Assembly (NCBI RefSeq): GCF_030144855.1
Contig: NC_082721.1
Span: 20,212,001-20,276,000 of the forward strand
Source of the DNA: Hypanus sabinus
Lineage: Eukaryota
Reading direction: 5' to 3'
Length of the DNA stretch: 64,000 bases
Shown here: piece after piece, positions 35,121 through 47,034 of the stretch
Position numbering within the stretch: the first letter of the stretch is position 1
Layout: every line of letters begins with the position of its first letter
Made by a program: the position numbers and the translations under genes
The notes under the pieces: model-generated
The model's input: the letters and a program-made list of their open reading frames with translations, nothing else
The model's database searches: none
What the model was told of the DNA's origin: nothing

Positions 35121-36100
35121 ACTGGGTGCTGCATTGCTATAAAATAGATAATGTTTACTGTAGAGTGACTTCTTTTGCTATAAAATAGATTGATGTTTGT
35201 CACAGAAGGCGTTTGGCTTTCTGTATAAATTGACATTGTTTTCTGTTTGCTTTAAAATAGACTGCCAGAGAAGATTACTCTACCTACAACTGATTGGCTG
35301 AACGTGTGATTATTTTAATGTGATTTTACACTGAGTGACCACTTTATTAAGTACCTCCTGTACCTAATAAAGTGGCCACATATGTACGTTCGTGGTTTTC
35401 TGCTGCTGTGGCCCATCCATTTCAAGGTTCAACGTGTTGTGAGTTCAGAGATGCTCTTCTGCACACCGCTGTTGTAATGCGTGTTCCTTTGCGTTACTGT
35501 CACAGACTTGAACCGGTCTGATCGTTCTCCCCTGATCTCTCACATTAGCAGGGCGTTTTTGCCCACAGAACTGCCGTTCTCTGGATGTTTTAGTTTTTGT
35601 TTGTTGCACCATTCTCTGCATGCTCTAGAGACTGTCGTGTGTGAAAAGGCGAGGAGATCAGCAGTTTCTGAGATACCCAAACCACCCCGTCTGGCACCAA
35701 CAATCATTCCACAGTTAAAATCACTTAGATCACATTTTTTCCCCATTTGATATCTGGTCTGAACAACTGAACATCTGGACTACGTCTGTATGCTTTAATG
35801 CATTGAGTTGCTGGCACATGATTGGCTGATTGGGTATTTGCATTAACGAGCAGCTGCACAGGTGTACCTAATAAAGTGGCCACTGAGTGTCAACTGTGTG
35901 CTGGTTTGCTATAAAATAGATAACGTTTACTGCAGAGCGACTGCTTTTACTATAAAGTAGATTGATGCTTGTCACAGACAACTGTTGGCTTTCTGCATAA
36001 GTAGACACTGTTTTCCGATTGTTTTAAAACAGACAGCTCGAGCTGCTTGCCCCAGCCTCAACTGATTGGCTGAGCCTGTGGCGACCTTATCGTGATTTTA
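35121..36100. repeat. 208-bp direct duplication (35121-35328 and 35893-36100) flanking a Tc1 element
   Basis: both copies run actg(g/t)gtgctg..ttgctataaaatagataa...caactgattggctga...gtgatttta. Confidence 0.85.
35329..35889 (-). mobile_element. Tc1-derived element with transposase N-terminal HTH remnant
   Basis: TIRs cactgagtgaccactttatta and taataaagtggccactgagtg; ORF 35540-35746 MGKKCDLSDFNCGMIVGARRGGLGISETADLLAFSHTTVSR. Confidence 0.92.
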
Positions 36101-37375
36101 CATCAGTCCTAAAATAGTATAGGCAGGATTTTGGTTATAAATGCATTATGCGTTTGTGTGTGAGCAGTGCCCGCTGTAATTACCAAGCATGTCGAGGAAG
36201 GAAATAACAAAAGTAAAAGCTGAAGGAACAAGCTCAGGTATGGCCTGGAGCTTTGGGTACACAATGTGTACTTGGCACAAGGATTCCTGAAGGGCACTAA
36301 ATAACATCCTACCCTCTATTCCTGCTCCAAGATGTTTTCTGTTGAATCGCTTTTTGCTGCAATAAATGTCAGTTGTTAAGTTATGTTTTAAATAGCCTTC
36401 TGTCTGTTTGATTTTAACGAGTAATTTTGGGTAGTCTGGTATTGATTTACATCTATTCTGTGCTCATTTCATTTGGGGAATGTGCTGGGAATGTAATATT
36501 TTGTTGACTGCGCAAAAAGCTAATCTGTACCAATTGATTCATTTTTACGCTTGAATATTCCATTGATTATTAAAATGAATATTTGAATATTCAGAGCTGT
36601 GGGCTTATTCAACCATGCTTTTAAATCGCTGAGCATGCATCTCTCTAACTAAATAGAACAAGGCAACTCCAGTCCATTCTGACAATCGAGTACTTGCTCC
36701 AATCACCTCATTCCTGTCTCTAGTTGTTGATTCTTCCCAGCTCAAGGGGCATGGTTCTGGTGAAAGTAAATATTTGCCATAAGCGATTCTCCATCTACTG
36801 TTGGAGAAAAGTAATAAATGGGCCTGTTTGTGGTAGTGACTGATGATATGGACCAGAAGGGATGCCCTAGGCAAGATCCATCATACAATAGAAATCCAAG
36901 AAGATTTACATGTATGCAATAGTTATCCTAGCCATAACACCCCATAGCTTCACAGCAAATGAGATATTGTTCGGCCATTAATCACTGTCTATATGAAATT
37001 CAGCGGCTAATTAGTTCACAAACACAATGACCAGATCACTTGCTAGCTTGACGGAGGGATTACTGTTGTCCAGGGCCGGTCTTCTTCCGAGTTCTGCCAG
37101 GAGATGTCTCTTAGCCACTTGTAAGCGCAGGCGGCCTTTGATGAATGCCACATCAGAGGGATGATATGTGTGAGGTCTCAGTCTGGATTTTGGGGCTCCA
37201 ATCCCTGGAATTGGTCCGGAACTTGGAGTTGCTGTGCTCTCAGTTACAGTGACACTACAGCTTTGCACAGGCTGGCTAATGGTGCACTGCCCTGTCTGCC
37301 AATGAGCTAATACGCCTTGTCAGTCACCATGGAGTAATTCAGCTCAAACTAGTGAAGTCCTGGAGACTAGCCTTC

Positions 37376-37464
37376 CCATATAACCATATAACAATTACAG
37401 CAAAGAAACAGGCCATCTTGGCCCTTCTAGTCCGTGCCGAACGCTTACTCCCACCTCGTCCCAC
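37376..37464 (-). mobile_element. Young CR1 tail only
   Basis: ccatataaccatataacaattacagc...cccttctagtccgtgccgaacgc. Confidence 0.85.
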
Positions 37465-38659
37465 AAGGGTAGAGCAGTATTGAGTTTATAGCCATAGTAC
37501 CTCTGATGACATCCCTGACAGTTCTGATAAAGACAATGACTACACCACCTTGAGATCCCACACTCCCTCCCCCTACCCTACCCTACATCTCCTGAGGTTA
37601 TTCGAACAACCAGGCAGTGTTCTTCCAGAAAGCAGTGGGAGTACTGAATTTGTGGTTTGCTTTAAAGCGTTCCGTGAGCCCAGCCTTGGTCTGAAAACTT
37701 GGATTCTTTTCAATACCTGAGGCATCTGCAGAAAAGTAACATAAAGGACTCGCTGTGCTGCGGACGTGTCATATTCAGTCAGAAATAGAGGACGCTTTCA
37801 GGTAAGACTAAGCAGGTCGTCCTGACCTGGATAAAGCACTGAACGAGTGTGGCTTGGCACAGCTTGATCTCACCTCAATGTTCTAACTGGAGCAGCCTGA
37901 TGACAACACTTACGGGCAGCTCACTCTGGGCTGGAGTGGAGAGCTGGACTTTTGCCTGAGGACCAGGCTAGTAAAATGCCAGTGCAAGGCCCACTATCTT
38001 AACCTTGGTGCTTTGTCCTTTCATGATGTCAATTGTTTCCTCATTCTATACAGACAGAAATGATTACACTCAGACCCCACTTAACGCTGTTTCCCTTGGA
38101 GGTGGAACGCTATGATAATCAGTGCTATGCAGGGTCATTATAACGTTACGTAAAGGGACATGTGTGTGCCTGATTCAAAAAAATCAAACCTGAGATATAT
38201 ATTATTTTATGTATAGACAGTAATTTGTGGAGTAACAATCAATCAAATAGGCCTAACCTGTACATCAGTAGATCAGCAGCACATGGCAGTGGCAGCGGAG
38301 GGAAGCGGGTGGAGGTTACGTCTTACAGGAGGGACCAGGCTGTGGGCCCTTGTCCAACCTTGGTTTCTTCTTCAAGCAGGTGTCGCAATTTGACTTCCTT
38401 TTCTTAAGTTTCCTCTCATGAAGCAGTCCCCAGTAGCAGGAAATCATGTCGAGAACACCTCTCTTTGCCTTATTGCTTCACCCCCCCCCCCCCAGTCAGG
38501 GTTGTTATCGATGAATGTTGCAAATTTCAATTAAGTTTTTTGTCATTAAAAAAAATTTCAATAAAGAATTGAATAACTGCATTGTAACGAATCAGGGCCA
38601 TGCGGAGTAGCGTTATGCAAGGTCTGAATGTATAGGGATAGGCCATAATCTACATGAGT

Positions 38660-38800
38660 CATAGACATAGAAATCATACTGTTACAGATTCAGAGAACAG
38701 TACAGCAGAGAAACAGGACCTTCAGCCCATCTAGTCTATGCCGAACCATTTAAACTCCATACACTCTGCACTGGGACCACAGCCCTCCATACCCCCCATG
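38660..38800 (-). mobile_element. CR1 tail
   Basis: gtacagcagagaaacaggaccttcagcccatctagtc. Confidence 0.7.
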
Positions 38801-38969
38801 ACTTAGCAGTATTATCATCAGGTAGCAACCAACAAATTGGGTCTACAGTTGAGGTAACTGGTCTCCAAGAATGGAATCTCAGAGATAGGTTTTCAAACAC
38901 TTATGTAACATTCAAAGGAAAGCATCTAGCAATTTAAAACAATAAAGGAGGGAAAATAAATGAAAAAAA

Positions 38970-39520
38970 AATGTGGACACTGAAACTCTAAAGTAGAGAC
39001 AGAAAATGCAGGAAATACTTAGCAGGTCAGACCAATATCTGTGGGAAAAGAAACAGAGTTATTTTTGTCAGAGGACTAGGGTCTCTTAGAATGTGGATGT
39101 TGGTGGTGACGCCTACACATAACTCATATTTCTCGAATATTTGATCTCCTGCTTCACTATTAAATTCCTCTTTAAATTGCACCCTGGGGCATGGGGTTCT
39201 GTGTCCGCTTTGCTTCTGGACCCTCAAATTTACAACAGGATCTTAAAAAAAGATGTGGCTCTTGGAAGTGTGGAATAAGGTCCAAATATGGTGGGAATAC
39301 CCAGAATGTCAAATCAGCATCTGTGGAGGGAGAAAAGGTTCCCGATTTTTGTTAACAACCTTTTCAGAACCATCAGAAGGAGAAAGGAAATCCCACACGG
39401 GGGAGAGGTGGAGAAGGAAAGCCACTGTCTGTGATATTGTGGATCTGAATTGTCAGCTCTGTATGTCCACAGAAGCTGCCTGATTGATGAGTGTTTCCAA
39501 CGTTCTGTTTTCAGTTACAA
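38970..39520. mobile_element. Old Penelope-like end fragments (minus, minus, plus)
   Basis: acagaaaatgcaggaaatacttagcaggtcag; cagcatctgtggag; tccacagaagctgcctga...tttccaacg. Confidence 0.5.
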
Positions 39521-40529
39521 TAGGAAAGCTGGTGAAAGAAGTACTGCTCCATTTATATCAATGGAATTATTGATGCTGTGATAAAAATGAAGTGTGATTA
39601 AGTTATTTTAATTTATATTAATGTTTTTACTTCAGCACAAATGACAATAATAAATGTTATCATTTTAATAATTTTCTGGCATGGTAAGCTGTTTGGGTTT
39701 GTACTTCTGAGAGTTTTAAATAATCTTTTTTTATTAAACATCTTTGACACAAGAACATTTACAAACATTTCTAAAAGCCTTTCACTGGGATGAATTGCTA
39801 AAGCCTTCAGCATTTTGGGGGCAGAGCGTCAGAATCTGACAGTTGAGGCCTACTCGTCCTACCTCACTAGGGCCCTCTTTCATGGGGCGTTGGCTCAGCT
39901 GGTCCTCTGTATCCAGATGGGCTGATGCAGCCAGGTGCTCGCTATTGGTGCCTGCATCAGATCTGGACCAGTAACGTCACAGGGACACAAGGCTGATAGG
40001 CTTCCTTCCTTCGAGTTTCATCCCATGATTGCGTAACTTGCAGAATCCTTAATTAGGGTAGAATTTCAAGCAAATTCTTGCTGACAAAATAAATACCTTC
40101 AAAAGCTCTCCTCTCACTAATTTGGCAAATTAATTGCTACTTGAACATCTTGACGTTCCAACAGATGCCATCAATTCAGGCAAGGCAGCAGTAAATGTGA
40201 TATGTTTTTAAAACAAAAGTCAGAAATCCCCAACAAGTGTCCCCATTGAAGCTTGAGGTAACGTATCGTTCATATTAAAGCTATTAGCTGGGTAACTACT
40301 ATAATTTGCCTACCTTCATCTCTTTTATTCTAGGAGTTATGTAAACTCCTGGGGTTTTGACCACACACATGGCCAGGACTTGCAGATTGCAAACCTCCCA
40401 GGTTTCATTGTGGTACATGATATAAACAGAGTAAAAAGAATCCCACAGGGCTTTGAAAATAAATCCAGCTCTCACGGTGGAATTTTATATCGTACAGATT
40501 TCAGGGATTGTCACCAAATTAAAGACTGA

Positions 40530-40725
40530 AGCCTCTCTATGCTTTTGCATTGATGAGACTTTTTTTTGGATTAACACTATTCAATCTGATTACCAGACCA
40601 TTCTTATGTTGTTGCTTGTGGGAACTTGTCTTTGTATTTTATACATTAGAAAATCCACTTCTAAAACACTGTATTGGCTGTGGTAAACATTCAGATATTC
40701 TAAGTTGGCAAATGGAGCTAGAAAT
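40530..40725 (+). mobile_element. Degenerate Deu-SINE
   Basis: gattaccagaccatt...tgttgcttgtgggaacttg...attggctgt. Confidence 0.45.
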
Positions 40726-40728
40726 CTC

Positions 40729-40733
<5 letters not shown>

Positions 40734-40798
<65 letters not shown>
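40734..40798. repeat. (AC)n microsatellite, ~32 units
   Basis: direct observation. Confidence 0.99.
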
Positions 40799-40800
<2 letters not shown>

Positions 40801-41120
40801 AAGCCTGGAGACTGGAGACTAGATAATGTAGGCCCTGAAGCCTATCCTAGAGTTGGAGGACTGTCTGGGTTTGTGGGTGGCTGGGAGGGAGGAAAGGTGT
40901 TTGTTTTTGCTGCTGTTTTGTTGTTTGTTATGTTCAGTTTTTTTGTGTGTTCTGGGTTGTACTGCCAAGCATTGTGGGTACGCTATGTTGGTGCCGGAAT
41001 CTGTGGTGATATTTGTGTGCTTCTCCCAGCACAACATTGGGTTCTTTTGGTTGATGATGCAAATGGCTCTTTTCACTGTATGTTTCAATGTATGCGATAA
41101 ATAGATGAATCCGAATCTGA
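40799..41120 (+). mobile_element. Non-autonomous retroposon 3' part
   Basis: gctatgttggtgccggaa...tttcactgtatgtttcaatgta...gaatccgaatctga. Confidence 0.7.
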
Positions 41121-41744
41121 AAAATACAAATCTTTATATCATTTACGGAGTTGACGCCTTAGTGGGTTGAATGGAGATTAATTGCAAATTTAATTGTGCT
41201 ATCAAACTTCATATTAGATCCTTGACGCATCTTCCACCAATGGTGGGAGAGGCAGAATGCCAGTCCTCCCATAGTTTTTTTAACCATAAAATTCAAGAAA
41301 CTCACATGCACTGTGAAATACAAACCCACAGGACGGTCAATGGAAACAGGTCACTGTGATGTAGCCACATAAAGACTGCAAAGATTTAATCATCTCTTGA
41401 ATTTCTGTCTCACAGTATCCAAGTTTCTGCCTATCAATATGTAAATACCAGAGCTTGGAGGCAGACTAAGTCAGGAAACATGCTGTGTAAATGATTCCAA
41501 AAGTAAAATCGTTCCAGTCACTGCACATGGCTCTGTCTCACGGGCTGGATCCAGGATGACACAATGGTCCTATTTACATGAACTCAGTATTGGCAGTTTC
41601 GGTCTACGTCGCATCCAATTTAATGGAACATTAGCAACCTGTTGTCTGCTTGTATATTATCAGTTCCTTTTTGGCTCAGTATGTTTAATCAGGGAAATTG
41701 CAAAATTTACTAAAGAAAGGAAAGAAAAAGATGAAGAAAGGGAC

Positions 41745-41945
41745 TTCAATTTATATTGCATTCTTCATGGTTCTGGGAAGTAGCAAAGTGTTTCACCCCA
41801 ATCAAGTACTTTTTATGTCTGGTCACTGGTTGTAATGGGAGAAATGTAGCAGCTGCCTTATGAGACTCCAAGATCATCAATGGTTGATGAGAGATAATCT
41901 GTTGCATATTTAACATGATGATTGAGGGTTAAATCTGACCAGGTA
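41745..41945 (-). mobile_element. Deu-domain SINE
   Basis: aatttatattgc...caaagtgtttcac.ccaatcaagtactttt...agataatctgtt...gattgagggttaaa. Confidence 0.65.
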
Positions 41946-42009
41946 ATAGTAAAAAGGGCACGATGTTGTAACTGGTAGTGCTGATGTTTCAAACTCCAGC
42001 AACCCAGAA

Positions 42010-43385
42010 GTTCAAAATGTATTAATTATCAAAGCATGTATAAATTATACACCCTTGAGATGCATTTGCTTACAGGCAGCCACAAAACAAGAAACCCGAA
42101 AGAACTCAAATTTAAAAAAGGACCAACACCCAATGCACGGGGGGTGGGATTAGGTTACCCATAGCCCTCTATTTTTGTAAGCTCTATGTATCCATCCAAG
42201 AGCCTCTTAAAAAACTCTATTGTATCTGCTTCCACCACCATCACTGGCAGTCCATTCCACGCACTCACCATTCTCTGCATAAAAAAACTTACACTGACCT
42301 CCTCTGTACCTACTTCCAAGCACCCTAAAACTGTGCCCATTCATGCTAGCCATTTCAGCCCTGGGGAAAAGCCTCTGACTATCCACATGATCAATGCCTC
42401 TTATCATCTTGTACAACTCCGTCGCTCCAAGGAGAAAAGGCCGAGTTCACTCAACCTATTCTCATAAGGCATGCTCCCCAATCCAGGCAACATCCTTGTA
42501 AATCTCCTCTGCACCCTTTCTATAGTTTCCACATCCTTCCTGTAGTGAGGCAACCAGAACTGAGCACAGTACTCCAAGTGGGGTCTGACCAGGGTCCTAT
42601 ATAGCTGCAACATTTTCTCTCGGCTCTTAAACTCAGACTCACGATTGATGAAGGTCAATGCCTTTTTAACCACAGAGTCAACCTGCGTAGTGTCCCAAGA
42701 TCCCTCTGATCCTCCACACTGCCAAGAGTCTTGTCATTAATGCTATATTCTGCCATCATATTTGACCTACCAACTACCTACCTACCTCACAACTATCTGG
42801 GTTGAGCTCCATGTGCCACTTCTCAGTCCAGTTTTGCATCCTATCAATGTCCCGCTGTAACCTCTGACAACCCTCCACACTATCCACAACACCCTCAACC
42901 TTTTGTGTCATCATCAGACTTACTAATCCATCCCTCCACTTCCTCATCCAGGTCACTTATAAAAATCATGAAGAGTAGGGGTCCCAGAAATTGAGTCCAT
43001 AGACCCACAGCCTGGAGCAAGCAGAGTAGGCCAATAGCCCCAGGCCCAGTTCATTGTATAGCTGGACAAATCGCCGTGAGCTCACAGAAATAGAACAGTC
43101 TCACAACCTCAGTGCCGTCGAGAGAGGAGTATACATCGTGGAAGAGCAAGTAGAATCGGCTTGACCCTTCCCCCTGGATCTGACACCCTGCCTTTTCAGT
43201 CTATCTGGGCCAGTGTTTAAGTTGTCCAAACATTGAGTCGTCCCCTGCACTTGGACCTGGGCCCCGCCACATTGATACACCCTGGGTTTGGACCCTGCCA
43301 CCACGTTCTGGGCCATACGTCACCTTTCCAAATCGGCCTCGTATTTTGATTGATCCAGCCTCATTCCCAGTTTATCTGGCTGATC
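42010..43385 (-). mobile_element. Non-autonomous retroposon (family of 29872) split by CR1
   Basis: 42010-42150 plus 42988-43385 collinear with 29872-30432. Confidence 0.72.
42152..42987 (-). mobile_element. CR1 ORF2 RT to C-terminus
   Basis: CQRLQRDIDRMQNW; LYRTLVRPHLEYCAQFW...ERVQRRFTRMLPGL. Confidence 0.92.
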
Positions 43386-43447
43386 TTTTATCATGAAGGA
43401 TCGGGCTTACCCGGTTACGGTGACCCCGTTCAAGGGTTGCAGTCGTT

Positions 43448-44002
43448 CAACTGATGCACATGACTTGCTGAAACCCTCCAATGTTTTGAGTGTGGTTGCT
43501 CAAGAAACTCTGATTGGAGAAACAGCACCTCATAATCTGCCTGGATAGCCTCCAACCTGATGGCTTGAATATCGATTTCTCCAGCATTCGGTAATTTCTG
43601 CCCCCTTTTCCCCTCTCCCTATTTCCCTTGCCCATTTGGGCTACACTCTCATCCCTTCTCTCCTCACCTGCCTATCACCTCCCTGTGGATCCCATCCTCC
43701 TTTCCCTTCTTTGTTCACTGTCCTCTCCTTCTTCCCCTTCAAATTTTCGCACTACTCCCTGTCATCCCTCCCTCACCCCCACCCTACTCCCTTCTCAACT
43801 CCCAACCTACTTTCCCCTCACTTGGACTCATCTATCACCTGCCATCTTGTGCTACTCCTCACCCAACCTTGTTATTCTGTTTCCTCCCCCTTCTTTTCCA
43901 GTTCTGATGAATGATCTCGGCCTGAAACGGCAACTACTTATTCCTCTCCATAGATGCTGCCTGACCCGCTGAGTTCCTCCAGCAGTTTGTGTGTGTGTTG
44001 TT
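43448..44002 (+). mobile_element. Penelope-like element: tandem end, GIY-YIG C-terminus and 3' UTR with mutated hammerhead
   Basis: 43514-43594 encodes LEKQHLIICLDSLQPDGLNIDFSSIR*; cagtt-CTGATGA...GAAAC-GGC-aact at 43899-43935. Confidence 0.85.
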
Positions 44003-44322
44003 CATTACAGTGCTCTTGGGTTTTGCAGTTAGCGCTGTGCCTGGGCCGTACACGTCAGCCCCGAGTTCGTTGAAGCTGGGTTCCTGTTGTGAACCGCTCC
44101 TCTCTGCTGGTGCTCTCACACCAAAGAACTCCCCCTGCTCAGTGTGGAGAAGCTATGCGAGTACTGAGTGCAGCCACTCAACACTCTGATTGGCTTCTTG
44201 CGTCCATACCCTGGCCAGTATGGGGAGTGCTGGCCTTTGCTGGGAACTGGTGGTGGTTGGTCTTTGTAATGGCAGATTGCTTGGGTCCTGCAGACCCGGC
44301 AGCTGCTGTCTTCTGCTCCCTT

Positions 44323-44672
44323 TAGAGTTATAGAATTATAGGACACAGAAGCAGGCCCTTTGGCCCATTGAGTCAGCACTGACCGATCAAGTACCCATTC
44401 ACATTAACACTGAATCCATTTTATGCTCCCCATACTCCCATCAACCTCATCCCCTGAGCTGATTCCACAACTATTCACCTATGTGCTGGACAATTAACCT
44501 ACTGGACCTGATCTCTTCACAATGTGGGAGAAAACCAAAGCGCCTGGTGGAAATCCAGATGTTCACAATGAGAACGTGCAGACTCCACAAGGACACCATC
44601 ACAAGTCAGGATTGAACTCAAGTTATTAAAATTGTGAGGCAGCAACCCTGCCAGCTGTATCATTGTATTGCC
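44323..44672 (-). mobile_element. V-SINE (HE1-like) with CR1 tail
   Basis: acacagaagcaggccctttggccca tail; atgtgggagaaaacc...gagaacgtgcagactccac. Confidence 0.75.
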
Positions 44673-44717
44673 TGCATTATACTGATGGGGAAATATTGGC
44701 AGGGCTATGGGGAAAGA

Positions 44718-44995
44718 GTGGTGCGTGGTTAAGGTGTTGAACTAGCGATCTGAAGGTCGTGAGTTCAAGCCCCAGCCGAGGCGGTGGGTTGTGTCCTTGA
44801 GCAAGGCACTTAACCACACATTGCTCCAGTCCACCCAGCTATAAATGGGAACTAGCAAAATGCTGGGGGTTAATCTCATGATAGATTTGGGGTGGGGGGG
44901 GGGGGAGAGTCTCGTACTCTTGTACTCTCAGTCACTTCATGGAAACCGGCATAAGCACCGGCCTGATGAGCCTATAAGGCTTGGGACAGACTTTA
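44718..44995 (+). mobile_element. tRNA-derived CORE-type SINE with 11-bp TSD
   Basis: gtggttaagg/gttcaagcc boxes; tgtgtccttgagcaaggcacttaacc; TSD atggggaaaga at 44707-17 and 44996-45006. Confidence 0.85.
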
Positions 44996-45204
44996 ATGGG
45001 GAAAGAACCAAGATGGGAGAGTGGGATTAATAGACAAACTTTTACATCTGACAAATATGGGCTCAATGGATTCTTTAATCTCTAATTAAATCTATTTCAA
45101 ATTTAACATGAGACAATAAGAAGTTCAACCAAAATGTGAATTTTATTCAAAATTTCTTCACAATTTTGCTCTCTGGAGCATCCCTTACAAAGACAGGCAA
45201 GGTA

Positions 45205-45495
45205 ACCTGGTGGTCAGGTTATTGTGCTGCAATTGATCCAGAGACTTGATTTCAAATCCTGCCATGATAGCTGGGAATCTAATATTCAAATAACTTGATA
45301 AAAATATGAAAATTAAAATTGAAAAATGGTCTCCATAATGATTACAAGATTATCATAAAATTCCTTCTGGTTCAGAGAAGTCCTTTAAGGAGGAAACACG
45401 ATGCAGACTGATGATATACAACTCCAGATCCAAAAATTGTGGTTGACTCTTAACTTCCTCTTCAATTAAGGGGCACTTAGGGATGGACAATATAT
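45205..45495 (+). mobile_element. Old elasmobranch SINE sharing its tail with the 63180-family LINE
   Basis: ttcaaatcctgccatg...tcctttaaggaggaaa...tgtggttgactcttaac...gggcacttagggatggacaata. Confidence 0.6.
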
Positions 45496-45513
45496 CACAC
45501 AAATATATAAGTC

Positions 45514-45780
45514 GATAGAGAGATAGAAATATTGAGAGATAGAAATAGAGATAGATAAATAAACAGAGAAATAGACAGATAAGGAGAGATAGAGATAGAT
45601 GGACGGACTGATAGAGAAATAGACAGATAGAGATAGACAGACAGATAGAGAAATAGACAGATAAAAAGAGAGATAGAGATAGATGGACCCACTGATAAAG
45701 AGATATAGAGATAGACAGATAAAGAGAGATAGAGATAGACAGAGAAATAGACAGATAGAGATAGACAGACAGATAGATAA
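45514..45780. repeat. Compound (GATA)/(GACA)/(GA) purine-rich simple repeat
   Basis: direct observation. Confidence 0.95.
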
Positions 45781-45995
45781 AATGCAGAAGCCATGTGAAT
45801 CAATCATAAATGAGTGACGTTCCTAAAGTAACAACTTCAATTCACAACTCCTGGTGTACACTGTATAATTACACTGTCTTTTTTTTCCTAAAAAAAATAA
45901 GGAAAACTGATTTAAGGATGTTATCTCATCCTGATTCAGCTCAGAAGCACCACATGCTGTTACTTCTTGAAAGCAGTTAGACTCACTTCAGAGTA

Positions 45996-46180
45996 GCACA
46001 TATAAAATGCTGGAAGAAGTCACCAGGTCAGGCAGTGTCTCTGGAAAGTAATAAACAATCGCTGTTTTAGGTTGAGACCCTTCTTCAGGACTGGAAAGGA
46101 AGAAGGAAGAAGCCAGAATTCCTCCAGCATTTTGTATGTATTACTCTGGATTTTCAGCATCTGTAGAATACCGTGTGTTT
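45996..46180. mobile_element. Penelope-like inverted end structure
   Basis: aaaatgctggaagaa...gagacccttcttcaggactgg followed by inverted ttcctccagcattttgt. Confidence 0.75.
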
Positions 46181-47034
46181 AAGTTTAATTTCATAAACGT
46201 CCTTCATCTTTTGGTCACGAGTATATTTCCTACTGTCAAATGTTAGGATAAAGTGATCAATGTGATCTATATTTCTCTCTAAATTTCATGAGGTAATCCA
46301 TTATTTCCTCAATGTTCGAGTCCCTCATCTCCAACCTAATGAAATTTCAGAATATAACTCTGTTACATAGTGGAATCTTTTTGCTTTGTCACTTCCCTTT
46401 TTTAATTTCCTCTCCTCTAATTTTTCTTCCCAACACAACAGATCAATATTCAAATATATTCTCAGTATACCACCTGTTAACATTTCAGCAGGAGTAAATC
46501 TCGCTATGGAGTACGCTTTCAGAAATGCATGTCAGTTGTCATTGCGATTGTTGATCTTCCACGGTACTCTTCGACTGTATGACTGATCTTTCTGTTTCCA
46601 CTGGAAACTGAGTGATTGCGAGAAGGGGAACTGCATTATTCTGCCCGAATTGTTCAAACTTAAACAATCTAATCTGAAGTGGTATTTAATATAGCTAACC
46701 TTCAGGAAACCCATGTGGGGCAAAAATGTGCTCTATTGCCACGGTAGAGCCTAGCTATCCTTTCAGCTGCTCTGAATCGGCATCAGCTATATTAAGAAAT
46801 TGTTCACTCCTTTATTCAAAGTAATTGATGTGGAGTTGTTGGGATGGTCGAAAACCACTCCTACATCCGGAGAGGTGCTTTTGAAAGTTGTTTTGCAATC
46901 CTGCCTCACTGGCTTGTTCCCCTCTATCTTTCTCCGTGCCAGCTAATAGACAAATCCTTTAGCCACTGTGTTCATATTCACTATATCTAAGTATTCTGCA
47001 TGGATATCTTCCAGGATCTTCCCTCACAATTTCT

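Noticed and set aside
37011-37810. 85-aa minus ORF and splice-donor-like sites (ctt|gtaagc, cag|gtaaga)
   Set aside because: No homology recognised, and the second candidate exon has stops in all frames; RNA-seq would be needed.
43400-43450. CpG-rich 40-nt minus-strand exon candidate with CGG|GTAAGC
   Set aside because: Its acceptor would come from a Penelope tail and lacks a pyrimidine tract; too short to support.
44718-44785. tRNA genes in SINE heads (also at 26056, 28454 and others)
   Set aside because: A/B boxes only, no full cloverleaf, and continuous with SINE bodies and TSDs.
44940-44990. CTGATGA plus hairpin in a SINE tail as a hammerhead
   Set aside because: No GAAA after the stem; better explained as a LINE-derived 3' recognition stem-loop.
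45466-45807. Hydrophobic 102-113 aa ORFs; also the CV/TH-repeat ORFs at 1555, 40550-41100 and 60249-60674
   Set aside because: Translations of microsatellites.
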